DNA from: Candidatus Latescibacterota bacterium
GTDB taxonomy: Bacteria > Latescibacterota > UBA2968 > UBA8231
Direction: 5' to 3'
DNA length: 64,000 bases
Assembly: GCA_965203355.1 (NCBI GenBank)
Contig: OZ241889.1
Coordinates: forward strand, 416,001-480,000
Each line of letters begins with the position of its first letter. Position 1 is the first letter of the stretch. Positions 19,977 through 29,659 of the stretch are shown here, piece by piece. The notes below the pieces were generated by a model. That model was not told the origin of the DNA. It saw only the letters and a list, made by a program, of their open reading frames with translations, and did no database searches. Made by a program: the position numbers and the translations under genes.

Positions 19977-21863
19977 ATGAAACGCATCACCATCGCCGAC
20001 TTCCGCGACCATCGCCGCGACCGCTTCATCGACGCCCAAACCACCCGCGCCGCCCGCCTCGCCCCCACCTATATGATCACCAATGAAATGGGCGTTGACG
20101 GCGACATCTGCGAGGAACTCACGCCCGCTCTCTGTGCAAAAGTCGAATTCGACATCCCTTCGGCCAAAACCAAAGGAGCCGAACTGCTCTTTTACGTCAA
20201 CGCCGACCAATCCACCGCCGACAAGCCCATGCGGATCCAAGTCAATGGCCATGTCCTCACCCATCGCCAAAACCGCGAGCGCATGCTCACCGGCGGTTGG
20301 GACCGCAAAAAAATCGCCGCCAAATACCTCAAAGACGGCACCAACGAATTCGCGTTCTCGCACAGCGGCGTGTTGCACATCGATCCCTTCCCCGGCGGTC
20401 TGGCCGACGCGCCCGCAAGCCGTTCGAGCCGCAGCTTTGACGGCGGCAAGACTTGGCATCAAGGCACCTTGGGCGAAGCCCGCGCTATTGAAGGCGAATA
20501 TCTCGTGCGGCTGCGCGTCAAGGGACATCCGCCCCAAGGGACGCTCTGCTCGTCGGTCGTCGATCTCGCCGACGGAGACGGCCGCGGTCGCATCGCGCCG
20601 CGAATGGGCATTCGCCGCCTGCACCTGAAAGCGCGGACGCGCCAGCCGTCGGGCACCCAAATACACTTTGAACTACGCAGCGGCTCGACGCCTTCCTTTG
20701 ACCCGCGCACCTGGACCGCTTGGGAGCGAGGCACCGCCTTGCAGTGGCCCGGGCGCTTTGTGCAGTGGCGCGCCATCCTCGAAACCGACGCGGCCAACAA
20801 AACCCCGACGCTCCAAGCCGTCACCCTCGAAGCCGACCTAGAGGAGGACGCCCAAAGCCTCGCCCCCTTCAAGCGGGCCGAGTTCGACCAGCCCGAGCTC
20901 GTGTACAGCTCGTACCCCTTTGCCTATCTGGGGCTGCATCCGCACCAAGAGCGGCTGCGCAAACAGTACCGCCTCGACGAAGTGATCGCCGCGGGCAAAA
21001 CCGAACTCGAACAGCTAGCCCTGTTGCGCGACTGGGTCCACAGCCAATGGCTGGGCTGGCAATCCGACAAATATCCCCATTGCCCTTCCTGGAATCCCCT
21101 AGAAATCCTCGACACCACTAAAGGAGACTGGGGCTTCGGCATGTGTACCCACTACGGAGCGGTGTTCGCCGGCTGCGCCTCTTCGCTCGGGTGGGTGGCC
21201 CGCTCGGTCATCGTCGATCACCACTGCTTGGCCGAGGTCTGGTGCGAGGAGTTGCAAAAGTGGATCCTCGAAGACGCTGGGCCGACCCGCGAATTTGACG
21301 CTACCTACGAAATCGACGGCGTACCCATCAACGCTTTGGAACTACACGAGGCCGCGGCCGACGAGCGGCGCAAAAAAATCACGGCCAACAAGCTGCCGCA
21401 AAAGGTCGTCGAGCCCATGTCCAGCTACATCGACGTCTTTTGCCGCTTCGGCATTCCGCTGCGCAACACGCATCTGATCTACGCCGAGCCAGCCGAGCTG
21501 CGCCACGGCGCCGGGCAGTACCACTGGGACGGCTATCTGTGGTGGTCCGACGACGTCGACCCGCGCTACGCCGAATACTCCTTGCAGACCACGCGCATCG
21601 GAGACTTCTACTGGTCGGTCAACCAGACGCGGCTCTACCTCCAAGTGGCGGAAAAGGCGCGTACGCTGCAAGTCGATCTAGAGCACACCGCACCCAACTT
21701 CTCGCACTTCTTGGTGCGTCGGGACGGCGGCCCGTGGCGCGAGGAGCGCGAAGCCCGCTTTGAGTGGACGCTCGCCGCGGGCGAAAACCTACTCGAAGCA
21801 CGGGCGGTCAATGTCTTCGGCAAACAGGGCCGCATCGCCAAAGCATGCGTCGAGGCGTCGTGA
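19977..21863 (+). CDS. transglutaminase-like (Cys-His-Asp) domain protein with N-terminal beta domains
   Basis: LRDWVH, GMCTHYG, HHCLAEVW..ELQKWILED; RBS AGGAG; TTGTAT-16-TATACT upstream. Confidence 0.65.
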   Translation: MKRITIADFRDHRRDRFIDAQTTRAARLAPTYMITNEMGVDGDICEELTPALCAKVEFDIPSAKTKGAELLFYVNADQSTADKPMRIQVNGHVLTHRQNRERMLTGGWDRKKIAAKYLKDGTNEFAFSHSGVLHIDPFPGGLADAPASRSSRSFDGGKTWHQGTLGEARAIEGEYLVRLRVKGHPPQGTLCSSVVDLADGDGRGRIAPRMGIRRLHLKARTRQPSGTQIHFELRSGSTPSFDPRTWTAWERGTALQWPGRFVQWRAILETDAANKTPTLQAVTLEADLEEDAQSLAPFKRAEFDQPELVYSSYPFAYLGLHPHQERLRKQYRLDEVIAAGKTELEQLALLRDWVHSQWLGWQSDKYPHCPSWNPLEILDTTKGDWGFGMCTHYGAVFAGCASSLGWVARSVIVDHHCLAEVWCEELQKWILEDAGPTREFDATYEIDGVPINALELHEAAADERRKKITANKLPQKVVEPMSSYIDVFCRFGIPLRNTHLIYAEPAELRHGAGQYHWDGYLWWSDDVDPRYAEYSLQTTRIGDFYWSVNQTRLYLQVAEKARTLQVDLEHTAPNFSHFLVRRDGGPWREEREARFEWTLAAGENLLEARAVNVFGKQGRIAKACVEAS

Positions 21864-21864
21864 T

Positions 21865-23304
21865 GTGAACACCTCGCTCTCCCTCGCCACAAACGCCCTG
21901 CGCGGTTTTCTCTGGAATGGCAGCACTTCCGTTATCCAGCTCGGCGTCATGCTGGCACTCTACCAGCTCTTGCCGCTGGAAAAACTGGGCCATTTTGAGT
22001 GGGCACTCGCCCTCGTGATGCTCCTATCGCTGGTCGGAGACCTAGGGCTGGGCGCGGCTTTAGTCCAGCTACCAAACGCGAGGGAAGAGCACTTCGACAC
22101 GGCCTTCTGGGCTTGTTTGAGCTGGGGACTGCTGCTCACCGCCGCGGTCGTTGCGGCCGCCTCTTGGCTGGTTCCTTTTTTGGGGGGCGAAGACCCGCAC
22201 ACCTTTGGCCGCGTCCTGCGCACGTTGTGCCTGGCGATTCCCTGCGCCTCACTGGCGGGCTTGTTGCGGGCCAGACTGCAACGCGGCCTCGACTTCCGCG
22301 CCGTAGCCCTTTCCGAACTCGTTTCGGTGCTGACCTTCGGCCTTGCCGTGACGCTCCTGCTTTTCTGGCGACCTGAATGGGGCGTCTTGATCCCAGTCCT
22401 CGGCTCGGTCGTGCGCGAAGTAGGTCTTTTCAGCAGCCTCGCGTACTCGGCCCGCTGGCTTCCGCGCCTGCGCTTTCGCCCCCAAGCACTGCGCCAGATT
22501 CTTGGCTTTGCGCTACATCTCACGGGTTCGCGCGTAGTGGCCCTGCTCAACACTAAGATCGCTTATTTCTTCATCTTCGTACCGCTGGGGGCCACGGCCC
22601 AAGCCTATTACAGCTTGGCCGAGCGCTTGACCTTGCAGCCTCTGACCCGGCTGGCCACGACTATTCAGCGCGTCTCCTTCCCGACCTTTTCGACCATCGC
22701 GGGCGACAACGCGCTCCTGCGACGTGGCTATTTGTCCTCGGTACAGGGCTTGATGCTAGCGCTAGGTCCAGTCCTCGCGGGCCTATTCGTCTTTGCGCCA
22801 GAGATCGCCGCCTTGGTCAACACGGAGCCGATGTGGAGGGTGCTGCGTCTGTTGGCCGTTGCCACGCTTTTGAAAGTCGCCAGCACCTTAGTCGGCTCGA
22901 TTTTCATGGCCAAAGGCAAGACCAACTGGTCTTTCTATTGGTCGCTCTTTAGCATGGGAGTGCTGATCCCGGCCCTGTACTTGTATGGCCTGCCACGCGG
23001 CGTCGAAGGCGTGGCCAGCGTCATGGCCGCGGCCGCCCTGCTGTTCTTGCTGCTTGCACAGTATCTCGTCAACCGCTTGATTGACCTGCCTTTTACAGCC
23101 TATTTCGCCGCGCTCAGCCGCCCCGCTTTGGTGGTCGTCTTCGTCTTTGCCGTTCTCCTGCTGGCCCGCCCTCTGCTGCCTCGGCCCCCGCTCGCCGCCC
23201 TCGGCGCTGGTGCGACCCTCGGCGTCGGCGCGACCTTAGCCGCCCTTTTCCTCTTTGCCCGCGACCTCTGCCGCACCTATTGGCAGAGCCTGCGCGGGGC
23301 CTAA
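21865..23304 (+). CDS. polysaccharide flippase (Wzx/PST family)
   Basis: Many TM helices; DLGLGAALVQ, LQRGLDFR, YYSLAERL, RVSFPTFS. Confidence 0.85.
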   Translation: MNTSLSLATNALRGFLWNGSTSVIQLGVMLALYQLLPLEKLGHFEWALALVMLLSLVGDLGLGAALVQLPNAREEHFDTAFWACLSWGLLLTAAVVAAASWLVPFLGGEDPHTFGRVLRTLCLAIPCASLAGLLRARLQRGLDFRAVALSELVSVLTFGLAVTLLLFWRPEWGVLIPVLGSVVREVGLFSSLAYSARWLPRLRFRPQALRQILGFALHLTGSRVVALLNTKIAYFFIFVPLGATAQAYYSLAERLTLQPLTRLATTIQRVSFPTFSTIAGDNALLRRGYLSSVQGLMLALGPVLAGLFVFAPEIAALVNTEPMWRVLRLLAVATLLKVASTLVGSIFMAKGKTNWSFYWSLFSMGVLIPALYLYGLPRGVEGVASVMAAAALLFLLLAQYLVNRLIDLPFTAYFAALSRPALVVVFVFAVLLLARPLLPRPPLAALGAGATLGVGATLAALFLFARDLCRTYWQSLRGA

Positions 23305-23322
23305 TTTTGCCCGCGACAAAAA

Positions 23323-23351
23323 TTGCGAGAGAGCCTGTTTTGGAATATATT
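23323..23351 (+). promoter_or_regulatory. putative sigma70 promoter of pdxST
   Basis: TTGCGA-17 bp-TATATT, followed by RBS AAGGAG. Confidence 0.5.
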
Positions 23352-23383
23352 TTTAGGCAACTGCTCTAAAGGAGAATCGCGCT

Positions 23384-24295
23384 ATGAGCGAGCTACACAC
23401 AAATGGACAAAACGGCCAGACTGGCACCCTGCGCCTCAAGACCGGCCTCGCCGAAATGCTCAAGGGCGGGGTCATCATGGACGTCGTCACGGCCGATCAA
23501 GCCAAGATCGCCGAAGACGCCGGGGCCGCTTCGGTCATGGCACTCGAAAGAGTGCCCGCCGACATCCGCGCGGAAGGCGGGGTGTCGCGCATGTCGAGCA
23601 TTGAGAAGTTGCGCCAGATCATGGAAGCCACCTCCATTCCGGTCATGGCCAAATGCCGCATTGGCCACTTCGCCGAAGCCCAGATGCTTCAAGCCCTCGG
23701 GATCGACTACATCGACGAAAGCGAAGTTCTAACCCCGGCCGACGAGCACTACCACGTCGATAAATTAGCTTTTGAAGTCCCTTTTGTCTGCGGCTGTCGC
23801 AACCTCGGTGAGGCCCTGCGGCGGATTGGCGAGGGCGCGGCCATGATCCGCACCAAGGGCGAGGCAGGCTCGGGCAACATCGTCGAGGCCGTGCGCCACA
23901 TGCGCTCAGTTACCGACGAGATCCGCCGGCTGACGATCCTGCGTCCCGAGCAGCTAATGACCGCGGCCAAAGACTTGGGCGCACCGTATGAACTGGTGCG
24001 CTGGGTCGCCGAGCACGGCAAGCTGCCGGTGCCCAATTTTGCCGCCGGCGGCGTCGCCACGCCAGCCGATGCCTCGCTGATGATGCAACTCGGCGCAGAG
24101 GCCATTTTCGTCGGCTCCGGGATCTTTAAGTCCGGCGATCCGGCCAATCGCGCCAAAGCCATCGTCGAAGCCACCACCCACTACGGCGATCCAGAGGTGC
24201 TGATCCGCGTCTCCGAAAACCTCGGCGAGGCCATGGTCGGCATCAACATCGACACCCTCGAAGAGAAGGACAAACTGCAAACTCGCGGCTGGTAG
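23384..24295 (+). CDS. pdxS: pyridoxal 5'-phosphate synthase lyase subunit
   Basis: [46 protein letters not shown]. Confidence 0.97.
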   Translation: MSELHTNGQNGQTGTLRLKTGLAEMLKGGVIMDVVTADQAKIAEDAGAASVMALERVPADIRAEGGVSRMSSIEKLRQIMEATSIPVMAKCRIGHFAEAQMLQALGIDYIDESEVLTPADEHYHVDKLAFEVPFVCGCRNLGEALRRIGEGAAMIRTKGEAGSGNIVEAVRHMRSVTDEIRRLTILRPEQLMTAAKDLGAPYELVRWVAEHGKLPVPNFAAGGVATPADASLMMQLGAEAIFVGSGIFKSGDPANRAKAIVEATTHYGDPEVLIRVSENLGEAMVGINIDTLEEKDKLQTRGW

Positions 24296-24362
24296 GACGC
24301 CGCCCAGACGCCTGCGGAAGTGCCCCGTCTCTGCTTGGTCAGGGACGGGGTACTCTTGTGAT

Positions 24363-24932
24363 ATGATTGGAATTTTGGGATTACAGGGCGACTACGCGGC
24401 CCACGGCAAAATGCTCGACGCCTTGGCCGTCGAATCCCACGTGGTCAAAAAGCCGGAGCAGTTGTCCGCCATCGACGGACTGATTTTCCCCGGCGGCGAA
24501 AGCACGACGCTAATTAAGCTGATGGACTCTTGGGATTTCTGGGTACCACTGCGGGACTTCGCCGCGGCCGGCAACCCCATTTTTGGCACCTGCGCCGGCA
24601 TGATCCTGTTGGCCAAAGGCGTCTCCAGCCCGCCGCAGAAGTCCCTCGGCCTGATCGACATCGACGTCGAGCGCAACAGCTATGGCCGCCAAGTCGATAG
24701 CTTCGAGGGGACGGGCGTTTGGGCGGCGGATGAGCAGCCGCGAGCGCTGCCGATGATTTTTATCCGCGCCCCCCGCATCGCGCGGCTGGGCGACGCGGTC
24801 ACAGCACTGGCGACCTGCGGCGACGATGTGGTCGCGGCGCGCCAAGGCCAAGTGCTCGTCGCCTCGTTCCATCCCGAACTAACCAGCGATTTGAGCATCC
24901 ATCGCTATTTCGTCGATATGGTTGGGTGCTAG
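24363..24932 (+). CDS. pdxT: pyridoxal 5'-phosphate synthase glutaminase subunit
   Basis: GLQGD, PGGESTT, GTCAGMI, RNSYGRQVDSFE, FIRAP, FHPEL. Confidence 0.96.
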   Translation: MIGILGLQGDYAAHGKMLDALAVESHVVKKPEQLSAIDGLIFPGGESTTLIKLMDSWDFWVPLRDFAAAGNPIFGTCAGMILLAKGVSSPPQKSLGLIDIDVERNSYGRQVDSFEGTGVWAADEQPRALPMIFIRAPRIARLGDAVTALATCGDDVVAARQGQVLVASFHPELTSDLSIHRYFVDMVGC

Positions 24933-25651
24933 GCAAAGGGAAAGGTGCCGTTGTACCCCCTAGGCCGCGACACGTGCCAAATGCCTTCGTACATCGGCGT
25001 CATCTGGTAGTGACACACTACATTGCTGCGCTCCATGTCGTCGCGCTCCTTGGCCCCCTGATGCGGTATGTGGCTCAAAAAGACGACGCAGTCGCCCGCT
25101 TTGGGATAGAGGACGACGTGCGGCTGGGCCTCGCACCAAGCCTCGAACTTGGGGCGGTCCATGGGGTAGAGATGGGGCGGCTCTCGCAAATGGCCGTTTT
25201 CGACGTATTTGAGGTGGCCATCGCCCGGCCCGTTGTCCTGTAGGTAATAGGTCGCATTGATCCCTACGGGCTGGGCCGCCAAGCGGTGTTGCTCAACTTG
25301 GCGCTTTTCCTCCCAATAGCCGTAGAAATCCATGTGCCACTCCTGTAGGTAAGGCCCCGGATTGATGTGCGCCCGCAGGCTGCGTAGCTGGCATTGCTTG
25401 CCCATCATGCCCTCCAGATAAGGGCGCACACTCGGATGGCACACCAAGGGGGCGAAGGTTTCAGGCTCGCGGTCCAAGAGCGAATCAAACCACATATTGC
25501 CCACGGCGTTCAAGCCCTCCTCCCAACCCATTTCGCGCGCGTGGGCTACCCGCTGCCGCACCAATTCCGTCTCTTGGGGACTCAAGGCCCCTTCGATTAA
25601 GACGTAGCCGTCGCGCTCCAACTGGTCCAGTTTATCTGCCATATTCTGCAT
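24929..25651 (-). CDS. phytanoyl-CoA dioxygenase family protein
   Basis: LERDGYVLIEGAL, WHMD, AGDCVVF...HQG; ATG at 25651. Confidence 0.8.
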   Translation of the reverse strand: MQNMADKLDQLERDGYVLIEGALSPQETELVRQRVAHAREMGWEEGLNAVGNMWFDSLLDREPETFAPLVCHPSVRPYLEGMMGKQCQLRSLRAHINPGPYLQEWHMDFYGYWEEKRQVEQHRLAAQPVGINATYYLQDNGPGDGHLKYVENGHLREPPHLYPMDRPKFEAWCEAQPHVVLYPKAGDCVVFLSHIPHQGAKERDDMERSNVVCHYQMTPMYEGIWHVSRPRGYNGTFPFA

Positions 25652-25782
25652 TGTTATTAGTCTCCTTTGTGAGCCGGCCCTTGGAAAGGGTTGTCGCATA
25701 CTCGGGCCAAGTTAGAGCGCGGCACCTGATGGAGCAAGCTCAGGCGACTGCTTCTTTCCTCACTCGCTTCGGCGGTGGACTA

Positions 25783-26745
25783 CTACGGTTTCTGCGCACC
25801 GTTCGTCTCGACGTACACCGAAAACAGCGACTGCGAACAGGTTATAAACAGCCGGTTCTTTTTCTCGCCGCCAAAGCAGAGATTAGCGCAGGGTGCTGGC
25901 AGGTGAATCTTGCCGATCAAGGTGCCGTCGGGCGCAAAACAATGCACGCCATCGTACCCCTCGCCGCCCCAACAAGCCCCCGACCACAAGTTGCCATCCA
26001 CATCGGTGCGGACCCCGTCTGATGAGCCAGGCTCCATGTCCGCGAACACGCGCCCGTTTGTGAGGCGGTCGCCGTGGACATCGAAAACGCGGATGTGGGT
26101 GGGGTATGCGGGGCCATCGGAGCGACCGGTATCGACGATGTAGAGCAGCGACTCATCCGGGCTGAAGCAGAGGCCGTTTGGCCGCTGGAAGTCTCCGGTC
26201 ACCACCGTCGCTTCCCCGGTGTCCGGGTCGAGACGGTACACATTAGCGGCATTCTCAAACGCATCCCGATGCCCCTCGTAGTCCAGCAGAATGCCGTACC
26301 CAGGGTCTGTGAACCAGATCGATCCATCCGACTTCACCACGATGTCGTTGGGGGCGTTCAACGGCTTGCCCTCGAACTGGTCCATCAACACCGTAATTGA
26401 ACCGTCGTATTCCGTCCGCGTGACTCGACGCGCGTCGTGCTCGCACGACAACAATCGCCCTTGGCGATCGCGCGTGTTGCCGTTGGTGTTGTTCGATGGC
26501 TTGCGAAAGACCGAGACATTCCCGGTTGCTTCTTCCCACTTGAGAATGCGGTTGTTGGGGATGTCGCTGAACAGCAGATAGCGGCCGTCGCCAAACCACG
26601 CCGGGCCTTCGAGCCAGCGGCCTCCGGTCCAGAGCATTTCAAGGGCGGCATTGGCCAACTTGTACTGGGCGAAGCGCTCGTCGAGCACCTCAATGCGGCG
26701 GTCTGGATACCTCACAATTTCCATGTCATATTCCCGAGCATCCAT
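25783..26745 (-). CDS. SMP-30/gluconolactonase family protein
   Basis: WLEGPAW, SDIPNN, NAPND, PNGLCFSPDE, DGVRTDVDGNLW; start at 26745 or 26724. Confidence 0.9.
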   Translation of the reverse strand: MDAREYDMEIVRYPDRRIEVLDERFAQYKLANAALEMLWTGGRWLEGPAWFGDGRYLLFSDIPNNRILKWEEATGNVSVFRKPSNNTNGNTRDRQGRLLSCEHDARRVTRTEYDGSITVLMDQFEGKPLNAPNDIVVKSDGSIWFTDPGYGILLDYEGHRDAFENAANVYRLDPDTGEATVVTGDFQRPNGLCFSPDESLLYIVDTGRSDGPAYPTHIRVFDVHGDRLTNGRVFADMEPGSSDGVRTDVDGNLWSGACWGGEGYDGVHCFAPDGTLIGKIHLPAPCANLCFGGEKKNRLFITCSQSLFSVYVETNGAQKP

Positions 26746-26930
26746 GCCTCTGCGGATCGACGCTTGTCGCCGGTGGGCTACATAGCATAATAGACTTTTG
26801 TCTGGGCGGCAATGGACGGGCGGCTTGACAGCAAAGGGGGGGTCGTGGAATTTGAAGTGCATGTCAATTTTTTGGGAAAGAGCCGCTCAGTTCGCAGTTC
26901 AGTGGAACTAAGTGACGCGGAGTGCGAATT

Positions 26931-27137
26931 GTGAGCAAGTGCTACAAAGCCGGAGTCATCGGGCGCACGGGTGCTGGTGGCTACGGGCTGGACACCGTTT
27001 ACCGGAACTTGGAGCAAGTAGATTTAGTCGCCGTGGCCGCCCCCGAGGGCCGTGGAGCGCACAGGTGTCCAACGGCTCTACGCCGACTAGAGGCGATTGA
27101 TTGGGAATACGGTGAAGAAACTGATTCCTTAAAATAA
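26931..27137 (+). pseudogene. N-terminal remnant of a Gfo/Idh/MocA oxidoreductase
   Basis: YKAGVIGRTGAGGYG-LD...VDLVAVA Rossmann start, then loss of homology and a stop. Confidence 0.55.
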
Positions 27138-27151
27138 GAAAATGGAGTCCT

Positions 27152-27901
27152 ATGTCCGAATGGTTTGAAAACGAAGACTTCTGGACGGAAATGTATCCCT
27201 ATATGTTCCCAGAAAAGTGCTTTGAATCTGCCGAGGAGGAGGTCGACAAGATTCTTTCGCTAGTAGAGTTCAGTGGGACACATATCCTCGATCTATGTTG
27301 CGGCCCCGGCCGACATTCCACGGTCCTAGCGGAGCGAGGGTTTTCCGTAACGGGCGTTGATTCTACAGCGTTTCTACTGCAAAAAGCTAGGGCGCGAGCA
27401 AGCGATCAGAAATTAGACATTGCGTTTGTGCAGGCTGACATGCGTCGCTTTGTGCGATCTGCATCGTACGACTTGGTGCTCAACATGTTTACGTCCTTTG
27501 GCTATTTCGATGACAAGGACGAGGATCTGCGAGTGCTCAGCAATACTTACGAGAGCCTCAAACCTGGGGGAATCCTCGTAATGGATCTGATGGGTAAAGA
27601 GTGGTTGGCCAAGGTATTTGCTGCGACCTTCTCGGAGGCGCATCCCGATGGAACATTGCTCGTTCAACGTCGAGAGATATTCGATGATTGGACAAGGATT
27701 CGAAACGAGTGGCACCTGATCCGGGATGATCAGGTGCGATCGTTCAAGTTTCACCACACATTGTACTCTGGCCAAGAACTGAAGGATCGTCTCTTGCAAG
27801 CTGGGTTTAGTACTACGAAACTATATGGAGATTTGGAAGGCAGTGCCTATGGGAGCAGTTCAAAGCGGCTGATTGCCCTTGCACACAAAGAGGCATCGTG
27901 A
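27152..27901 (+). CDS. class I SAM-dependent methyltransferase
   Basis: ILDLCCGPGRH, VTGVD, DMR, FTSFGYF, LKPGG. Confidence 0.9.
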   Translation: MSEWFENEDFWTEMYPYMFPEKCFESAEEEVDKILSLVEFSGTHILDLCCGPGRHSTVLAERGFSVTGVDSTAFLLQKARARASDQKLDIAFVQADMRRFVRSASYDLVLNMFTSFGYFDDKDEDLRVLSNTYESLKPGGILVMDLMGKEWLAKVFAATFSEAHPDGTLLVQRREIFDDWTRIRNEWHLIRDDQVRSFKFHHTLYSGQELKDRLLQAGFSTTKLYGDLEGSAYGSSSKRLIALAHKEAS

Positions 27902-27964
27902 GTCCGCGCCCGGCTGCCCACCCAACCCTGAGCCACGTGCCCTATCGCTCCAAGCAGAAGTGAG

Positions 27965-28738
27965 ATGATAATGACACGCGAAAGTGAGTTAATAGAATCT
28001 GAATACGACAAGGCCGGCGATTTCTATGTCAACTGGCTCGACAAGAACGCGCCCGACCGGGATACACAGATCCAGCCGCCGATAGAAATCATGCTGGCTA
28101 TGCTAGGCGATGTCCAAGGGACCAACGTTTGTGACTTGGGGTGTGGTGAAGGGTATCTGTCTCGTATCCTTGCAAGTCGCGGGGCATTCGTTACGGGCAT
28201 TGACACCTCCCGGATTCTATTGCGGTACGCCAGGGAGCATTCAAATCAGCTCGGCATCACATATGTTCTAGACGATGCCCAATCAATGAATCAGATATCC
28301 GACGCCAGCATGGATGCTGTGATTTGTAACATGGCCCTGATGGATATACCGGACCTAACGGCAACATTTTCGAGTGTCCGTCGGGTGCTGGTCGCCGGTG
28401 GCAAGTTCGTCTTCTCGATTCTTCACCCGTGCTTTTTCACCCCATTCAATGCAGAGAATCCACCGGAAGATCTCGACGACGAAGGGAATTTCAAGGCATT
28501 GCGCGTTACGCGGTACGGCCTTGAAGGCAAGTGGTTCTCAGGTGGGAACGGGATGTGCGGCACGCTTGGCAGCCACCACCGCACCCTATCAACGTACCTC
28601 AATACTTTGTCCGCCAGTGGATTCCAACTTGAGGAGGTTTCTGAACCGCTTGCTCCCGTTTTAGAAGCGACCGCGAAATGCCGAGAGAGCACCATACCGA
28701 CACTCTTAATTACCGAATCAACTGCTCTAGCAACCTAG
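27965..28738 (+). CDS. class I SAM-dependent methyltransferase
   Basis: DLGCGEGYLSR, TGID, MALMDIPD, HPCF, HRTLSTYLN. Confidence 0.9.
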   Translation: MIMTRESELIESEYDKAGDFYVNWLDKNAPDRDTQIQPPIEIMLAMLGDVQGTNVCDLGCGEGYLSRILASRGAFVTGIDTSRILLRYAREHSNQLGITYVLDDAQSMNQISDASMDAVICNMALMDIPDLTATFSSVRRVLVAGGKFVFSILHPCFFTPFNAENPPEDLDDEGNFKALRVTRYGLEGKWFSGGNGMCGTLGSHHRTLSTYLNTLSASGFQLEEVSEPLAPVLEATAKCRESTIPTLLITESTALAT

Positions 28739-28889
28739 GTCTTTTTTCAGCAATACTCTCGTCAGGTCCTCATTGTGTAACAACACATTTCGCGTTCACG
28801 GCACAATTGTTGTTAGTTCAAGAAATTGCGTATTGGAGTTCAATAAACAGTTGCGAGTGGAGTCGCTTAATTTGGAAAGGAGCTCGAGG

Positions 28890-29603
28890 ATGATAAAGCG
28901 CAGTCTCAGCCTTTTGGCTTTGTTGTGCGGTCTGGTGGGGAGCGTCCATGCCCAGTCCGCGGAAAGACAAGTTGCACAGAGTCTGGTGCGTACCATTGAG
29001 ATGAAGTATTTGCTGTATTTGCCACCTGCTTATGACAGCAGCGAAGAACAATGGCCGTTGCTCTTGTTCTTGCACGGAGCAGGCGAGCGTGGAGACGACC
29101 TCCAGCTAGTGAAAGCCCACGGTCCGCCGAAAATGATAGCGCAGGGGAGGGATTTTCCCTTCGTGGTCGTCTCGCCGCAGTGTCCAAAGGATGCGTGGTG
29201 GTCCGTGGACGCGCTGCACGATCTCCTAAACGAGATCGTTGAGACCCATCGCATTGATACGGCTAGGATCTACGTGACCGGCTTGAGTATGGGGGGATAT
29301 GCGACGTGGGGACTTGCCTGTACCTATCCCGAGCGGTTCGCGGCCGTCGTTCCCATATGCGGGGGGGGCGATCCAGAAAAAGCACCCTTAATGAAAGGGG
29401 TGCCGACCTGGGTTTTCCACGGCGCGAAAGACGAGGCCGTGCCGTTGCAACAATCGCAGGCGATGGTCGATGCGCTCAAGGCGGCCGGGAGCGACGTCCT
29501 CTTTACCGTGTATCCTGAAGGGGGCCACGTGGAGGCGTGGCAAAACGCCTACAGCGATCCCGACCTGTGGGCGTGGTTGGCAAAGCAGCGGCGGGCCAAG
29601 TAA
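28890..29603 (+). CDS. secreted alpha/beta hydrolase (phospholipase/carboxylesterase, 'predicted peptidase')
   Basis: Signal peptide; FLHGAGERG, GLSMGG, FHGAKD, YPEGGH. Confidence 0.85.
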   Translation: MIKRSLSLLALLCGLVGSVHAQSAERQVAQSLVRTIEMKYLLYLPPAYDSSEEQWPLLLFLHGAGERGDDLQLVKAHGPPKMIAQGRDFPFVVVSPQCPKDAWWSVDALHDLLNEIVETHRIDTARIYVTGLSMGGYATWGLACTYPERFAAVVPICGGGDPEKAPLMKGVPTWVFHGAKDEAVPLQQSQAMVDALKAAGSDVLFTVYPEGGHVEAWQNAYSDPDLWAWLAKQRRAK

Positions 29604-29659
29604 AGACGCGACCTCTAGCCTACGGCAGGTCCAGTCCTGTTTGCAAAGCGGGCGCCGAA

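Noticed and set aside
24320-24353. Hairpin between pdxS and pdxT as a riboswitch
   Set aside because: A simple stem-loop without a known aptamer motif; more likely an mRNA-stability or attenuating element.
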